64,000 nucleotides of DNA, from NCBI RefSeq assembly GCF_023055435.1, contig NW_025963779.1:47802001-47866000 (forward strand), given 5' to 3'. The position numbers were made by a program, and so were the translations under genes. Shown piece after piece: positions 1 through 12,418 of the stretch. The first letter of the stretch is position 1; each line of letters opens with the position of its first letter. Under the pieces are notes generated by a model, which saw nothing but the letters and a program-made list of their open reading frames with translations, was not told the DNA's origin and did not search any database. The DNA is from Haliotis rufescens. Lineage: Eukaryota.

Positions 1-407
1 TACAACGTACTACACACTACAGGCACACAACAAACTACAACATACCACACACTACAGGCACACAACAAACTACAACATACCACACACTACAGGCACACAT
101 CAAACATAACGTACTACATACTACGGGCACACAACAAACTACAACGTACTTCATACTATAGGCACACAACAAACTACAACATACTACAGACTACAGGCAC
201 ACAACAAACCACAACGTACTACGCACTATAGCACACAACAAACTACAACATACTGCACACTACAGGCACACAACAAACTACAATGTACTACATACTACAG
301 GTACACAACAAACTACAACGTACTACATACTACAGGTACACAACAAACTACAACGTACTACGCACTACAGGCACACAACAAAATTAACGTACTACATACT
401 ACGGGCG
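1..407. repeat. 35-bp minisatellite (TACAACGTACTACACACTACAGGCACACAACAAAC)n, about 11 units, runs off the window start
   Basis: 35-bp period read directly; degenerates after ~400. Confidence 0.95.
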
Positions 408-912
408 TACTTCAGGACTACCATCCCCACATGTACGAGTACGACCCACGACAACGTACTACAGACGTAGTACAAATACATGTCTACTACCGACGTACTA
501 CAAACCACAGGCCTACTACAAACTACAGAACTGCTACAAGCGTACTACAAACTATGTCAACGTCTAAGACGGGATACCAATGTCCAACAGACTTTCATGA
601 CGTTAACGTCTGACGCGGGTTACTGACGGTCAACAGACATACATGACGCCGACGTCTCACATGGAGTGCTGACATTACTGTTAACCTATCAGAACAGGAA
701 CTGTGGCAAACAAGTTATGTAGAAAATTTAGCGAGTTTTGTTTTCGAATCAATTTGAATCAATATTACATATTGTCATTTTCCTTGTGCTTTGTCTTTCA
801 CGATCATTAAGCAAACTGCATTTATTGTTGCTGCCTCCTTTCTGCCATTTGTGTTCAGCCATCCCCGCAGTCAGCGCTTCAATGATCGGATCATTCTAAA
901 ACTCGGATCGGT

Positions 913-934
913 GGGGGGGGGGGGGGGGGGGGGG
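913..934 (+). repeat. poly-G tract (22 nt)
   Basis: G22 homopolymer seen directly. Confidence 0.95.
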
Positions 935-1261
935 CACGGACTGAAATGCGTGTGTTTGGTATGGCAACTCTTCCCGGCATGCGTGTCTGGCATTGATGCC
1001 GAGAGATAAGGCAGTGCCAGTTAAATATGGTTACGTTAATTTCATGCTCGAGTAGCGCGGGAAATGCTCCTAGCACGTCAGATAAAAGGAGTTACAACAA
1101 TAAAAGCAATCATCCAATGAGGCGGAAAACCTGAGAATTGTAATGTAATGATGTTGCATGTCACTGAGTTTAAAGGGGTATACTCATGATGTAAAATAGC
1201 GCATTGTTCTATCAGAAACCACTATGACAGCACGCCCGATCACATCCCTAAACTCTACGAA

Positions 1262-2270
1262 CCCACTGCAGGGCGACCTCTCACACTATGTCCTATATCA
1301 TCTATGGGTTCCACGAGGTCACTGCAAGGGGTGTATGGCACCACGCCCTACATCATCTACAGGTTCCACGTGAACACTGCAAGGGGTGTATGACACCACG
1401 TCCTATATCATCTACAGGTTCCACGCGAACACTGCAAGGGGTGTATGACACTACGTCCTACATCATCTACAGGTTCCACGCGGCCACTGCAAGGGGTGTC
1501 TTTGACACTACGTCCTGTATCATCTATGGGTTCCACGAGGTTACTGCAAGGGGTGTATGACATTACGTCCTACATCATCTACAGGTTCCAAGCGGCCACT
1601 GCAAGGGGTGTCTATGACACTACGTCCTGTATCATCTATAGGCTCCACGCGGCCACTGCAAGGGGTGTCCATGACATTACGTCCTATATCATCTAAAGGC
1701 TCCACGCTGCCAGTGCAAGGGGTGTCTATGACATTACGTCCTATATCATCTAAAGGCTCCACGCGGCCACTGCAAGGGGTGTCTATGACACTACGTCCTG
1801 TATCATCTGTAGGCTCCACGCGGCCACTGCAAGGGCTGTCTATGACACTACGTCCTATATCATCTGTAGGCTCCACGCGGCCACTGCAAGGGGTGTCCAT
1901 GACACTACGCCCTATATCATCTATAGGCTTCACGCTGCCACTGCAAGGGGTCTATGAAACTACGTCCTATATCATCTACAGACTCCACGAGGCCACTGCA
2001 AGGGGTATCTATGACACTACGTCCTATATCATCTATAGGATACACGCGGCCACTGCAAGGGGTCTATGATACTACGTCCTATATCATCTACAGACTCCAC
2101 GCGGCCACTGCAAGGGGTGTCCATGACACTACGTCCTATATCATCTGTAGGCTCCACGCGGCCACTGCAAGGGGTGTCTATGACACCACGTCTTACATCA
2201 TCTATAGGCTCCACGCGGACACTGCAAGGGGTCTATGACACTACGTCCTGTATCATCTATAGGCTTCACG
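1262..2270. repeat. 57/55-bp satellite array, left part (GGCTCCACGCGGCCACTGCAAGGGGTGTCTATGACACTACGTCCTATATCATCTATA)
   Basis: 57-bp period (19-aa repeat in the ORF track) with 55-bp variants lacking one GT; degenerate left edge. Confidence 0.95.
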
Positions 2271-4752
2271 GATAGGTACGGATTTAGGTATAGGTGATTA
2301 TACTTACATCGGTCACTCAGGCTCCAGTGTAATAGACTACATTATTGTATCCAACAGTCTATTCTTCCACTGTTATACATTTGATATTGTGTCCAGGGCA
2401 GAATCCTCACACCTTCCACTATCGTGTTCATTTCAAGCACGTGACCTGGAGATTCCCGTTGTGACAGCAGGGGCCGCACGTGCGCCTCGTGAAAACTACC
2501 ACTATGTGTGGGACATGGCGAAACTACAACAGTTCAGGGATAATCTTGTACTGCCACATGTGGTTCATTGTTTTGAACAATGTACTCTGTTACTACCAGA
2601 TAATATAGATGGTGCTATTAACTCATTCACGGACGCCATTTGTACAGCTGCTCAGTGCATGAAAAGGACTTGTAAGTCTCGCGACAGTCACACACAACCC
2701 TGGTTTGATAGCGTGTGTCGGTACTACAGGTGGGAGAGAGAGAGGGGTCTCAGAATATATAGACATCTTAAAAGTGATAGCACCTTAGTTAGTTATTTAA
2801 AATCAAGAAATACTTATACAAGTTTATTACGTGATAAAAAGAAAAGTTATAATGAATATATGCGTAATAAGGTTTTATCTAGTCTTCCAAATAGTAAATG
2901 TTTCTGGTCTACCATAAGAGGATTATCTCAGAGTACGGTAACTCGTGTACCTAACATATCACTAGAACAATGGGTCGATCATTTTAAAGATGTGTTTGAC
3001 AATCCGAGAGCTGAAGATATGGTTAACACCGACACGACTATTAATGATAGTCATGATGATATGAGTTGCTATATTCTGGACTCCCCCATTTCACAAGAGG
3101 AGGTGCTTTGTGCTATCAACTCTTTGAAAATTGATAAATCCGGAGGAAATGACCACCTCATTTCAGAATTTTTTAAATATGGGAATGTTATTTTTGTCCC
3201 GTATCTTACAGTGTTGTTTAATAATTTGTTTGATAATGCATACTTTCCTGAATCTTGGTCTTTGGGAATTATTGTTCCGATACATAAGCGAGGAGACATC
3301 CATTCCCCATCCAACTATAGGGGTATATCAGTCCTTAGTGCACTGAGTAAGTTGTATGTTTCTATTTTGAACAGAAGGGTCACGTCTTGGTGTGAGGTCT
3401 ATGGTAAAATTGCAGAGTCCCAAGCTGGTTTTCGTCATGATTACTCCACCATAGATAATATCTTTATACTACAGTGTATTATCCAGAGATATATTAGTAA
3501 GCGTAAGGGTAGGGTATATGGTTTGTTTTGCAAAAGCTTTCGACAGTGTAAACCGGATGAAATTATGGTCAGTACTAGCTAATAAAGGTGTCGCTGGCAA
3601 AATGATAAAAGCTATACGGTCTATTTATACAGCTGTTAAGGCCAGTGTTAAATTTAAACATACATTTTCTGAAATGTTTCAGTGTCCAAGAGGAGTACGT
3701 CAGGTCAAGTCATTTTTCTAATGCTGGTCTACAGGGGAAAAAAGCAATGTTTGGAATTTTAAAGTCATTGATAAAAATACATCCTCTTCGATATGACTTA
3801 TATTTTAAAATATTTGATATGAAAATAGTCCCAATTTTGCTCTATGGTTCCGAAGTCTGGGGTCTACACCAGAATGATGAAATGGAAACTATACATACAT
3901 TGGCATGCAAGCGCTTTCTAGGTGTCAAATCGTCAACACCCAACAACATGGCTCGAGGTGAATGTGGGCGGTATCCATTATATATTTATGCATACAAAAG
4001 AGTTATTGGTTATTGGATAAGGTTATTGAGTATGTCCGATTGTCGCTTTCCAAAGAAATGTTATTATATGATGCTTCAGGCAGAATGTAATGGTAAAATT
4101 AATTGGGTATCAAAATGTAAATCTTTATTGTTCCGTTTGGGTTTTGGCTCTGTATGGGAAAACCAGTGTATAAGTCATCCTCATTCGTTTTTGACAGAAT
4201 TTATGTCACGTCTGAAATGTAGTTATGAACAGGATTGGCATAGTCTTCTGGTAAAGGGTAGTAAATCTTTCTCGTATTCTCTATTCAAGGTATCGTTTGG
4301 TACAGAGTTGTATCTTAGCTGTATGACCGTCAGTAAATTGAGAGTGGCGCTAGCTCGGTTTAGATGTTTTTCGCATCAGCTGTGTGTTGAAACTGGGAGA
4401 TATGCTGATATCCCACGTAACAGAAGACTATGTTGTGTTTGTAATGCTGGGTATGTGGAGGACGAGTTTCATTTTTTGTTAGTTTGCTCCGGTTATAACA
4501 AGATACGCATGGATCACTTACCACAGACATTTTATGAATATCCGACCATACACAAATTTAATATCATTATGTCTACAACTGATTGTAAATTAATTGAACG
4601 TCTAGCTATCTATATCTATCAAGCGATGTCACTTCGTAGTACATTATTGTCACAACAATAACAGCTGTGTACATCACGTTCATTGTAATACAAATGTAAC
4701 TATGGGCCGATGGCCTACACTTACGAAATAAACCGAATTGAATTGAATTGAA
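2271..4752 (+). mobile_element. 5'-truncated non-LTR retrotransposon (LINE, RTE-X-like) inserted in the 57-bp satellite
   Basis: 13-bp TSD TATAGGCTTCACG at 2258-2270 and 4753-4765; AATAAA at 4727; (GAATT)n tail 4735-4752; ORF2 remnants. The clade is inferred from the C-terminal CxxC...EDEFHFLLVC motif. Confidence 0.92.
2272..4661 (+). pseudogene. LINE ORF2 remnant: C-terminus of APE endonuclease, RT N-terminal half, C-terminal CCHC domain
   Basis: TYIGHSGSSVIDYI..SSHLPL (EN end), PWFD, KSGGND, NYRGISVLS, QAGFR, (D)FAKAFDSV, GVRQ; frameshift at ~3525; RT core including YADD deleted at ~3704; RLCCVC..EDEFHFLLVC. Confidence 0.9.
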
Positions 4753-7700
4753 TATAGGCTTCACGCGGCCACTGCAAGGGGTCTATGATACTACGTCCTA
4801 TATCATCTATAAGCTCCACGCGGCCACTGCAAGGGGTGTCTGTCTATGACACTACGTCCTATATCATCTATAGGCTCCACGCGGCCACTGCAAGGGGTCT
4901 ATGACACTACGTCCTGTATTATCTACATACTCCACGAGGCCACTGTAAGGGCTGTCCATAAAACTACGTCCAATATCATCTATAGACTTCACCGGGCACT
5001 GCAAGGGGTGTCTGTGACACTACGACCTATATCATCTATAGGCTCCACGCGGCCACTGCAAGGGGTCTATGACACTACGTCCTATATTATCAATAGGTTC
5101 CACGCGGCCACTGCAAGGGGTGTCTATGACACTATGTCCTATATTATGTATAAGCTCTACGCTGCCACTGAAAAGGGGTCTATGACACTACGTCCTATAT
5201 TATCTATAGGCTCCACGCTGCCACTGAAAAGGGGTCTATGACATTATGTCCTTTATCATCTATAGGCTTCAAACTGCCACTGCAAGGGGTCTCTTTAGGC
5301 TCCACGCGGCCACTGCATGGGGTCTATGACACTACGTCCTATATTATCTACATACTCCACGAGGCAACTGCAGGGGGTGTCTATGACATTAGGACCTGTA
5401 TCATCAACACACTCCATGACATTAGGACCTGTATCATCAACACACTCCATGGTCTATGACATACCTCCTGTATCATATACAGACTCCACGAGGCCACTGC
5501 AAGGGGTGTCTATGACACTATGTCCTAATCATCTATAGGCTCCACGCGGCCACTGCAAGGGGTCTATGACACAACGTCCTATATTATCTATAGGCTACAC
5601 GCTGCCACTGCAAGGCGTGTCTATGACACTACGTCCTATATTATCCATAGGCTCCACGCTGCCACTGCAAGGGGTCTATTATACTACGTCCTGTATCATC
5701 TATAGGCTCCACGCTGTCACTACAAGGGTTGTCTATGACACTACATCCTAAAACATCCATAGGCTCCACGCTGCCACTGTAAGGTGTGTCTATGACACTA
5801 CGTCCTATATCATCTATAGGCTCCACGCGGCCAGTGCAAGGGGTGTCTATGATACTACGTCCTGTATCATCTACAGACTCCACGAGGCCACTGCAAGGGG
5901 TGTCTATGACACTACGTCCTATATCATCTATAGGCTCCACGAGGCCACTGCAAGGGGTGTCTATGACACTACGTCCTATATCATCTATAGGCTCCACGCT
6001 GCCACTACAAGGGGTGTCTATGACACTACGTCCTATGTCATCTATAGGCTCCACGAGGCCACTGCAAGGGGTGTCTATGACACTACGTCCTATATCATCT
6101 ATAGGCTCCACGAGGCCACTGCAAGGGGTGTCTCTGACACTACGTCCTATATCATCTATAGGCTCCACGCTGCCACTACAAGGGGTGTCTATGACACTAC
6201 GTCCTATGTCATCTATAGGCTCCACGCGACCTGTGCAAGGGGTGTCTATGACACAACGTCCTATATTATCTATAAGCTCCACGCGGCCACTGCAAGGGGT
6301 GTCCTTGACGCTATGTCCTATATCATCTACAGGCTCCATGCGGCCAGTGCAAGGGGTGTCTATGACACTACGTTCTATATCATCTATAGGCTTCACGCGG
6401 CCACTGCAAGGAGTGTCTATGACACTACGTCCTGTATCATCTGTAGGCTCCACGAGGCAACTGCAAGGGGTGTCCTTGACGCTATGTCCTATATCATCTA
6501 CAGACTCCACGCGGCCACTGTAAGGGGTGTCTATGACACGACGTCCTATATCATCTGTAGGCTCCACGAGGCAACTGCAAGGGGTCTATTATACTACGTC
6601 CTGTATCATCTATAGGCTCCACGCGGGCACTGCAAGGGGTGTCTATGACACAACATCCTGTATCATCTATAGGCTCCACGCGGCAACTGCAAGGGGTGTC
6701 TATGACACGACGTCCTATATCATCTGTAGGCTCCACGAGGCAACTGGAAGGGGTCTATTATACTACGTCCTGTATCATCTATAGGCTCCACGCTGTCACT
6801 ACAAGGGGTGTCTATGACACTACATCCTAAAACATCCATAGGCTCCACGCGGCCACTGTAAGGTGTGTCTATGACACTACGTCCTATATTATCTATAGGC
6901 TGCACGCGGCCAGTGCAAGGGGTCTATGACACTACGTCTTATATCATCTACAGGCTCCACGCGGCCACTGCTAGGGGTCTATGACAATACGTCCTATAAC
7001 ATCTACAGGCTCCACGCGGCCACTGGAAGGTGTGTCTATGACACTATGTCCTATATAATCAATAGGTTCCACGCGGCCACTGCACGGGGTCTATGACAAT
7101 ACGTCCTATATCATCTACAGGCTCCATGCGGCCAGTGCAAGGGGTGCCTATGACACTACGACCTATGTCATCTATGGGCTCCACGCGGCCAGCGCAAGGG
7201 GTGTCTATGATATTACGTCCTGTATCATCTACAGACTCCACGCGGCCACTGTAAGGTGTGTCTATGACACTACGTCCTATATCATCTATAGTCCACGCGG
7301 CCAGTGCAAGGGGTGTCTATGATACTACGTCCTATATCATCTACAGACTCCACGAGGCCACTGCAAGGGGTGTCTATGACACTACGTTCTATATCATCTA
7401 TAGGCTTCACGCGGCCACTGCAAGGAGTGTCTATGACACTACGTCCTGTATCATCTATATGCTCCACGCGGGCACTGCAAGGGGTGTCTATGACACAACA
7501 TCCTGTATCATCTATAGGCTCCACGCGGCAACTGCAAGGGGTGTCTATGACACGACGTCCTATATCATCTGTAGGCTCCACGAGGCAACTGGAAGGGGTC
7601 TATTATACTACGTCCTGTATCATCTATAGGCTCCACGCTGTCACTACAAGGGGTGTCTATGACACTACATCCTAAAACATCCATAGGCTCCACGCGGCCA

Positions 7701-9570
7701 CTGTAAGGTGTGTCTATGACACTACGTCCTATATTATCTATAGGCTGCACGCGGCCAGTGCAAGGGGTCTATGACACTACGTCTTATATCATCTACAGGC
7801 TCCACGCGGCCACTGCTAGGGGTCTATGACAATACGTCCTATAACATCTACAGGCTCCACGCGGCCACTGGAAGGTGTGTCTATGACACTATGTCCTATA
7901 TAATCAATAGGTTCCACGCGGCCACTGCACGGGGTCTATGACAATACGTCCTATATCATCTACAGGCTCCATGCGGCCAGTGCAAGGGGTGCCTATGACA
8001 CTACGACCTATGTCATCTATGGGCTCCACGCGGCCAGCGCAAGGGGTGTCTATGATATTACGTCCTATATCATCTACAGACTACACGCGGCCACTGTAAG
8101 GTGTGTCTATGACACTACGTCCTATATCATCTATAGGCTCCACGCGGCCAGTGCAAGGGGTGTCTATGATACTACGTCCTATATCATCTACAGACTCCAC
8201 GAGGCCACTGCAAGGGGTGTCTATGACACAACGTCCTATATTATCTATAAGCTCCACGCGGCCACTGCAAGGGGTGTCCTTCACGCTACGTCCTATATCA
8301 TCTACAGGCTCCATGCGGCCAGTGCAAGGGGTGTCTATGACACTACGTCCTGTATCATCTATATGCTCCACGCGGGCACTGCAAGGGGTGTCTATGACAC
8401 AACATCCTGTATCATCTATAGGCTCCACGCGGCCACTGCAAGGGGTGTCTATGACACGACGTCCTATATCATCTGTAGGCTCCACGAGGCAACTGCAAGG
8501 GGTCTATTATACTACGTCCTGTATCATCTATAGGCTCCACGCTGTCACTACAAGGGGTGTCTATGACACTACATCCTAAAACATCCATAGGCTCCACGCG
8601 GCCACTGTAAGGTGTGTCTATGACACTACGTCCTATATTATCTATAGGCTGCACGCGGCCAGTGCAAGGGGTCTATGACACTACGTCTTATATCATCTAC
8701 ACGCTCCACGCGGCCACTGCTAGGGGTCTATGACAATACGTCCTATAACATCTACAGGCTCCACGCGGCCACTGGAAGGTGTGTCTATGACACTATGTCT
8801 TATATAATCAATAGGTTCCACGCGGCCACTGCACGGGGTCTATGATATTACGTCCTATATCATCTACAGACTCCACGCGGCCACTGTAAGGTGTGTCTAT
8901 GACACTACGTCCTATATCATCTATAGGCTCCACGCGGCCAGTGCAAGGGGTGTCTATGATACTACGTCCTATATCATCTACAGACTCCACGAGGCCACTG
9001 CAAGGGGTGTCCATGACACTACGTCCTATATCATCTATAGGCTCCACGAGGCCACTGCAAGGGGTGTCTATGACACAACGTCCTATGTCATCTATAGGCT
9101 ACACGCGACCTGTACAAGGGGTGTCTACGACACAACGTCCTATATTATCTATAAGCTCCACGCGGCCACTGCAAGGGGTGTCCTTAACGCTACGTCCTGT
9201 ATCATCTACAGACTCCACGCGGCCACTGCAAGGGGTGTCTATGACACTACGTCCTATATCATCTATAGGCTCCACGAGGCCACTGCAAGGGGATTCCATG
9301 ACACTACGTCCTATATCATCTACAGACTCCACGCGGCCCCTGCAAGGGGTGTCTATGACACTTAACCCCTATCTCATCTACAGACTCCACGTGGCCTCTG
9401 CAGGGCACATCACATCTCCAGGGTCAATATGCACATAGATTGAGTCTTTGACATCACTCCCCAATCACATCGCCTGGCTCCATGCGCCCGTGAAAGGGGA
9501 GTCTTTAACACCACACTTCTATCACATCTACAGACTCCACGCTGTCACTGCAGGGGAGTCTCTGACACCA
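4753..9570. repeat. 57/55-bp satellite array, right part, with ~0.85-1.1-kb higher-order repeats
   Basis: same unit resumes after the TSD; variant CCTAAAACATCCATAGG recurs at ~5746, 6826, 7671 and 8575. Confidence 0.95.
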
Positions 9571-9706
9571 CCGAAATTAGGCTTTTGAAGTTATCAGATT
9601 TCATATCTTCAAGTTAATATTTTTGTCCTTGATGGTCAGCCTTCAATGCTTGAAAAAAGTAAGAAAACTTTGAACTGAAATGGAATTATTGAAATTTCAA
9701 ACAGAA

Positions 9707-9726
9707 CGAGAGCAGAGAGAGAATTT

Positions 9727-9801
<75 letters not shown>
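9707..9801 (+). repeat. (GA)n microsatellite
   Basis: pure (GA)n ~9731-9801 with an imperfect lead-in. Confidence 0.95.
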
Positions 9802-9802
<1 letters not shown>

Positions 9803-10019
9803 CTAGAAAGAATTCAGATTGAGGGAATAGTATAACAAAACAAAATTCCTCTCAAAATTTTAACGTGGCTAATGTTGGATTAGTCCCTCCTTTTCAAGAA
9901 AAGAAGTTGAAAATTGTTTCTCGCATTTGCAAAGGTGGCCACAAATTTGAAATGGCAAAAAGAGCATTGGACAATAACAGTGCAAGGTGTTTTAAAAGGC
10001 AAAGCTCAAGAAATGTGGA

Positions 10020-10235
10020 TAGATATGATCTGGTGGATAGAGCGTCTGTCTGGAGAGTGGAAGGTCCATGGTTCCGATCCCCTGGCCGCATCATACCATA
10101 GGATGTTAAAAAATGACGCTCGGCATTAATGGGATAAAACAAGAAATGGAAGTCAGTGTCCTGTGTCTGAGTGGGGTAGCCATGTTCAACTGCTTCATGG
10201 CATGGGCTATTACAATAAACCTGACTTTAGTAAGA
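10020..10235 (+). mobile_element. tRNA-derived SINE (V-SINE-like body) nested in the relic gag
   Basis: A-box-like TGGTGGATAGAGCG, B-box-like GGTTCCGATCC, then CGCATCATACCATAGGATGTTAAAAAATG...GCTCGGCATTAA resembling the V-domain; interrupts gag between GKAQE and DEVK. Confidence 0.6.
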
Positions 10236-10297
10236 ACTTTAAACCCCAGTTCAAATCATGATGAAGTGAAAAGGGTTATTTTGAAGGCTTATGTGTT

Positions 10298-11037
10298 TTT
10301 TGTTGCTTTTTTTAAAACTTTATTTATTTATGTCAATGAGTACAATTGTATTATTGGTGTCTAGATCAGTGGATATTGTGTGGTACTCTACAGGAGATTT
10401 TTCTAAAACATTTCTGAAATGTTTCCCGTTTCCTCGTAAAGGCAGCATTAGGATGATTTCTTATGGCAATTAATTTTCCACTTGATATAGGTTTTTAAGA
10501 ATTTTTGAACATTCGCTATTGTCGACAAAATGCATGGCAAGTAATTCCTTCTTGATTTCCACAATTCTGTATAGAAACTTATACTGGAAATCTAAGTTTG
10601 GTATCTTAAGTGCATTTCCTCTATTGTAGAAATAGCTCGTTCCATGAAATGTCGTCCGTCACATGGCGTCACCATTTTGAACAAACAATCGGAAAGTTTT
10701 CCGTTGCAGTAAATTTATCATTAAAAAACCCTGAAACCTTTTGAAGGTTTTAAAATAAAATATGTGTGAATTTTCGCTGAATTTATTACGGTTTCTCTCC
10801 ATCCTTACGCTATGTTATATAACATCCTATTATAGTGGGAAAAGGTGCCTTTTATCAGAAATCATAAAATAAGAATATGTCTTATTTTTTTATGTTCTAT
10901 ATTATTTTCAGAGAATTAAAGTTCTCGAGGCCTCGGTCTGTGCATATGTATTTTATGGTATGACTGCCTTTTGACATGTCAATGTGACATGGGCTTCTAA
11001 ATTGATGATTTAACCAGAGTGATTCCCTGTTAACCAG
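10298..11037 (-). mobile_element. ~740-bp retroposed insertion (probable LINE/SINE 3' fragment, minus strand) in the relic gag
   Basis: 13-bp direct repeat AGGCTTATGTGTT at 10285-10297 and 11038-11050; T-rich start is an A-rich tail on the minus strand; removing it restores gag ILKAY-VLVP. Confidence 0.75.
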
Positions 11038-12191
11038 AGGCTTATGTGTTGGTCCCTAATACATGTAGGCAAACATATAAGCATTCAATGAAAAGGACTG
11101 ATGATACGTATTCGGAGTCTGCTTGGAAAAAGGAGGCTTTGTTTGATAGGTGGAGTTTATCGAAGGATGTTGGCCAGGATTTTGACAAGTTGAGGCAGCT
11201 TATTTTGTTCGAAGATTTCAAGCATTGTGTGCGTGCTGATATAATGACGTACTTGGATGGACAGAAGGTAGATCAGTTACACCAGGCTGCACGATTACCC
11301 GGCTATTTATAATGGGAATTTCAGACAGTATAGTCACTCCCCCGGGAATGATCAGGGTAATTTCAGATCAGGAAAGGTCAGTTTCTCCTGTTCATACAGA
11401 TTCGAACCCTAGCAAGTTGGATAGTTCATCCCCTAACAAATCAGACACCCAAGTTGTTTCGAAACAGGATTGAGGTTTGTTTTCAGGTATTATATGTAGA
11501 TATGTTCACAAGTCAGGTCATTTGAGTGTCGATTGTCGTATACGCAGGTCAGCAATCGGTCACAGATCTTTTTCCATGTTTTTATCCTGTCGCAGCCTAT
11601 TTTTGATGTCATTAACACCGAAAAGGAGTATGTTTGTGTTTTCAGCTCCCAAACGCTGCTGTTGTTAGGAAGGAACATTGGGACCCAGTCTTTGCTGTTG
11701 GAGGGCGTCCTGCCATTTTCGGAAGTGTCTAATGCGGATGTTTTGTTATAGGGTATTGGTGCGGGGTATGTCAAGGCCAAGGTCGTCTATGGCGGACGGG
11801 GCACGGCAAAGGGATTATTGAAAAGTATTAATGTACGTAAACTCATTATACCATCAGGTTTATGCGACGCGGAAAGAATAACGATGGGCGGGCTGACAGG
11901 TCCCATCGCGTGGAATTTGTGTGCACGTTCCAATAAACAAGTAAATCGGTAAGTTAGATGTACAAATCCTGAGCTGGTATTTTGGATCGGAATAGAAAAA
12001 TCACGATAATTTGAGCTTCTTAAGACGCTAGCTAAAAAAAATACAGCTTTGATTTGGCCTCGTTACACCCCTTTCCTGGTATATGGTATACTGACACTGG
12101 GAGTGGCCATGTATCTTGTAGCTGCTATGTTTTGTTTCACAGTTTTGTAAGAATTGTTTTGCAAGTCAGGAGGTAGGAAAACCTAATCAGA

Positions 12192-12252
12192 ACACACACC
12201 CCACACACCCACACACACACACGGACACACACACACGGACACACACCCACAC
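12192..12252. repeat. (CA)n-type microsatellite running into an assembly gap
   Basis: imperfect (CA)n seen directly. Confidence 0.9.
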
Positions 12253-12418
12253 NNNNNNNNNNNNNNNNNNNNNNNNNNNNNNNNNNNNNNNNNNNNNNNN
12301 NNNNNNNNNNNNNNNNNNNNNNNNNNNNNNNNNNNNNNNNNNNNNNNNNNNNNNNNNNNNNNNNNNNNNNNNNNNNNNNNNNNNNNNNNNNNNNNNNNNN
12401 NNNNNNNNNNNNNNNNNN
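12253..12418. other. assembly gap (N run)
   Basis: Ns. Confidence 1.

Noticed and set aside
1288-9438. Many ORFs such as STRPLQGVSMTLRPISSIG and DTPCSGRVEPIDDIGRSVI
   Set aside because: Translations of the 57-bp satellite; frames are broken by 55-bp monomers, with no unique coding flanks or splice structure.
10020-10090. tRNA gene (also at ~29680-29740)
   Set aside because: A/B-box-like motifs only, with no complete cloverleaf; better explained as SINE heads.
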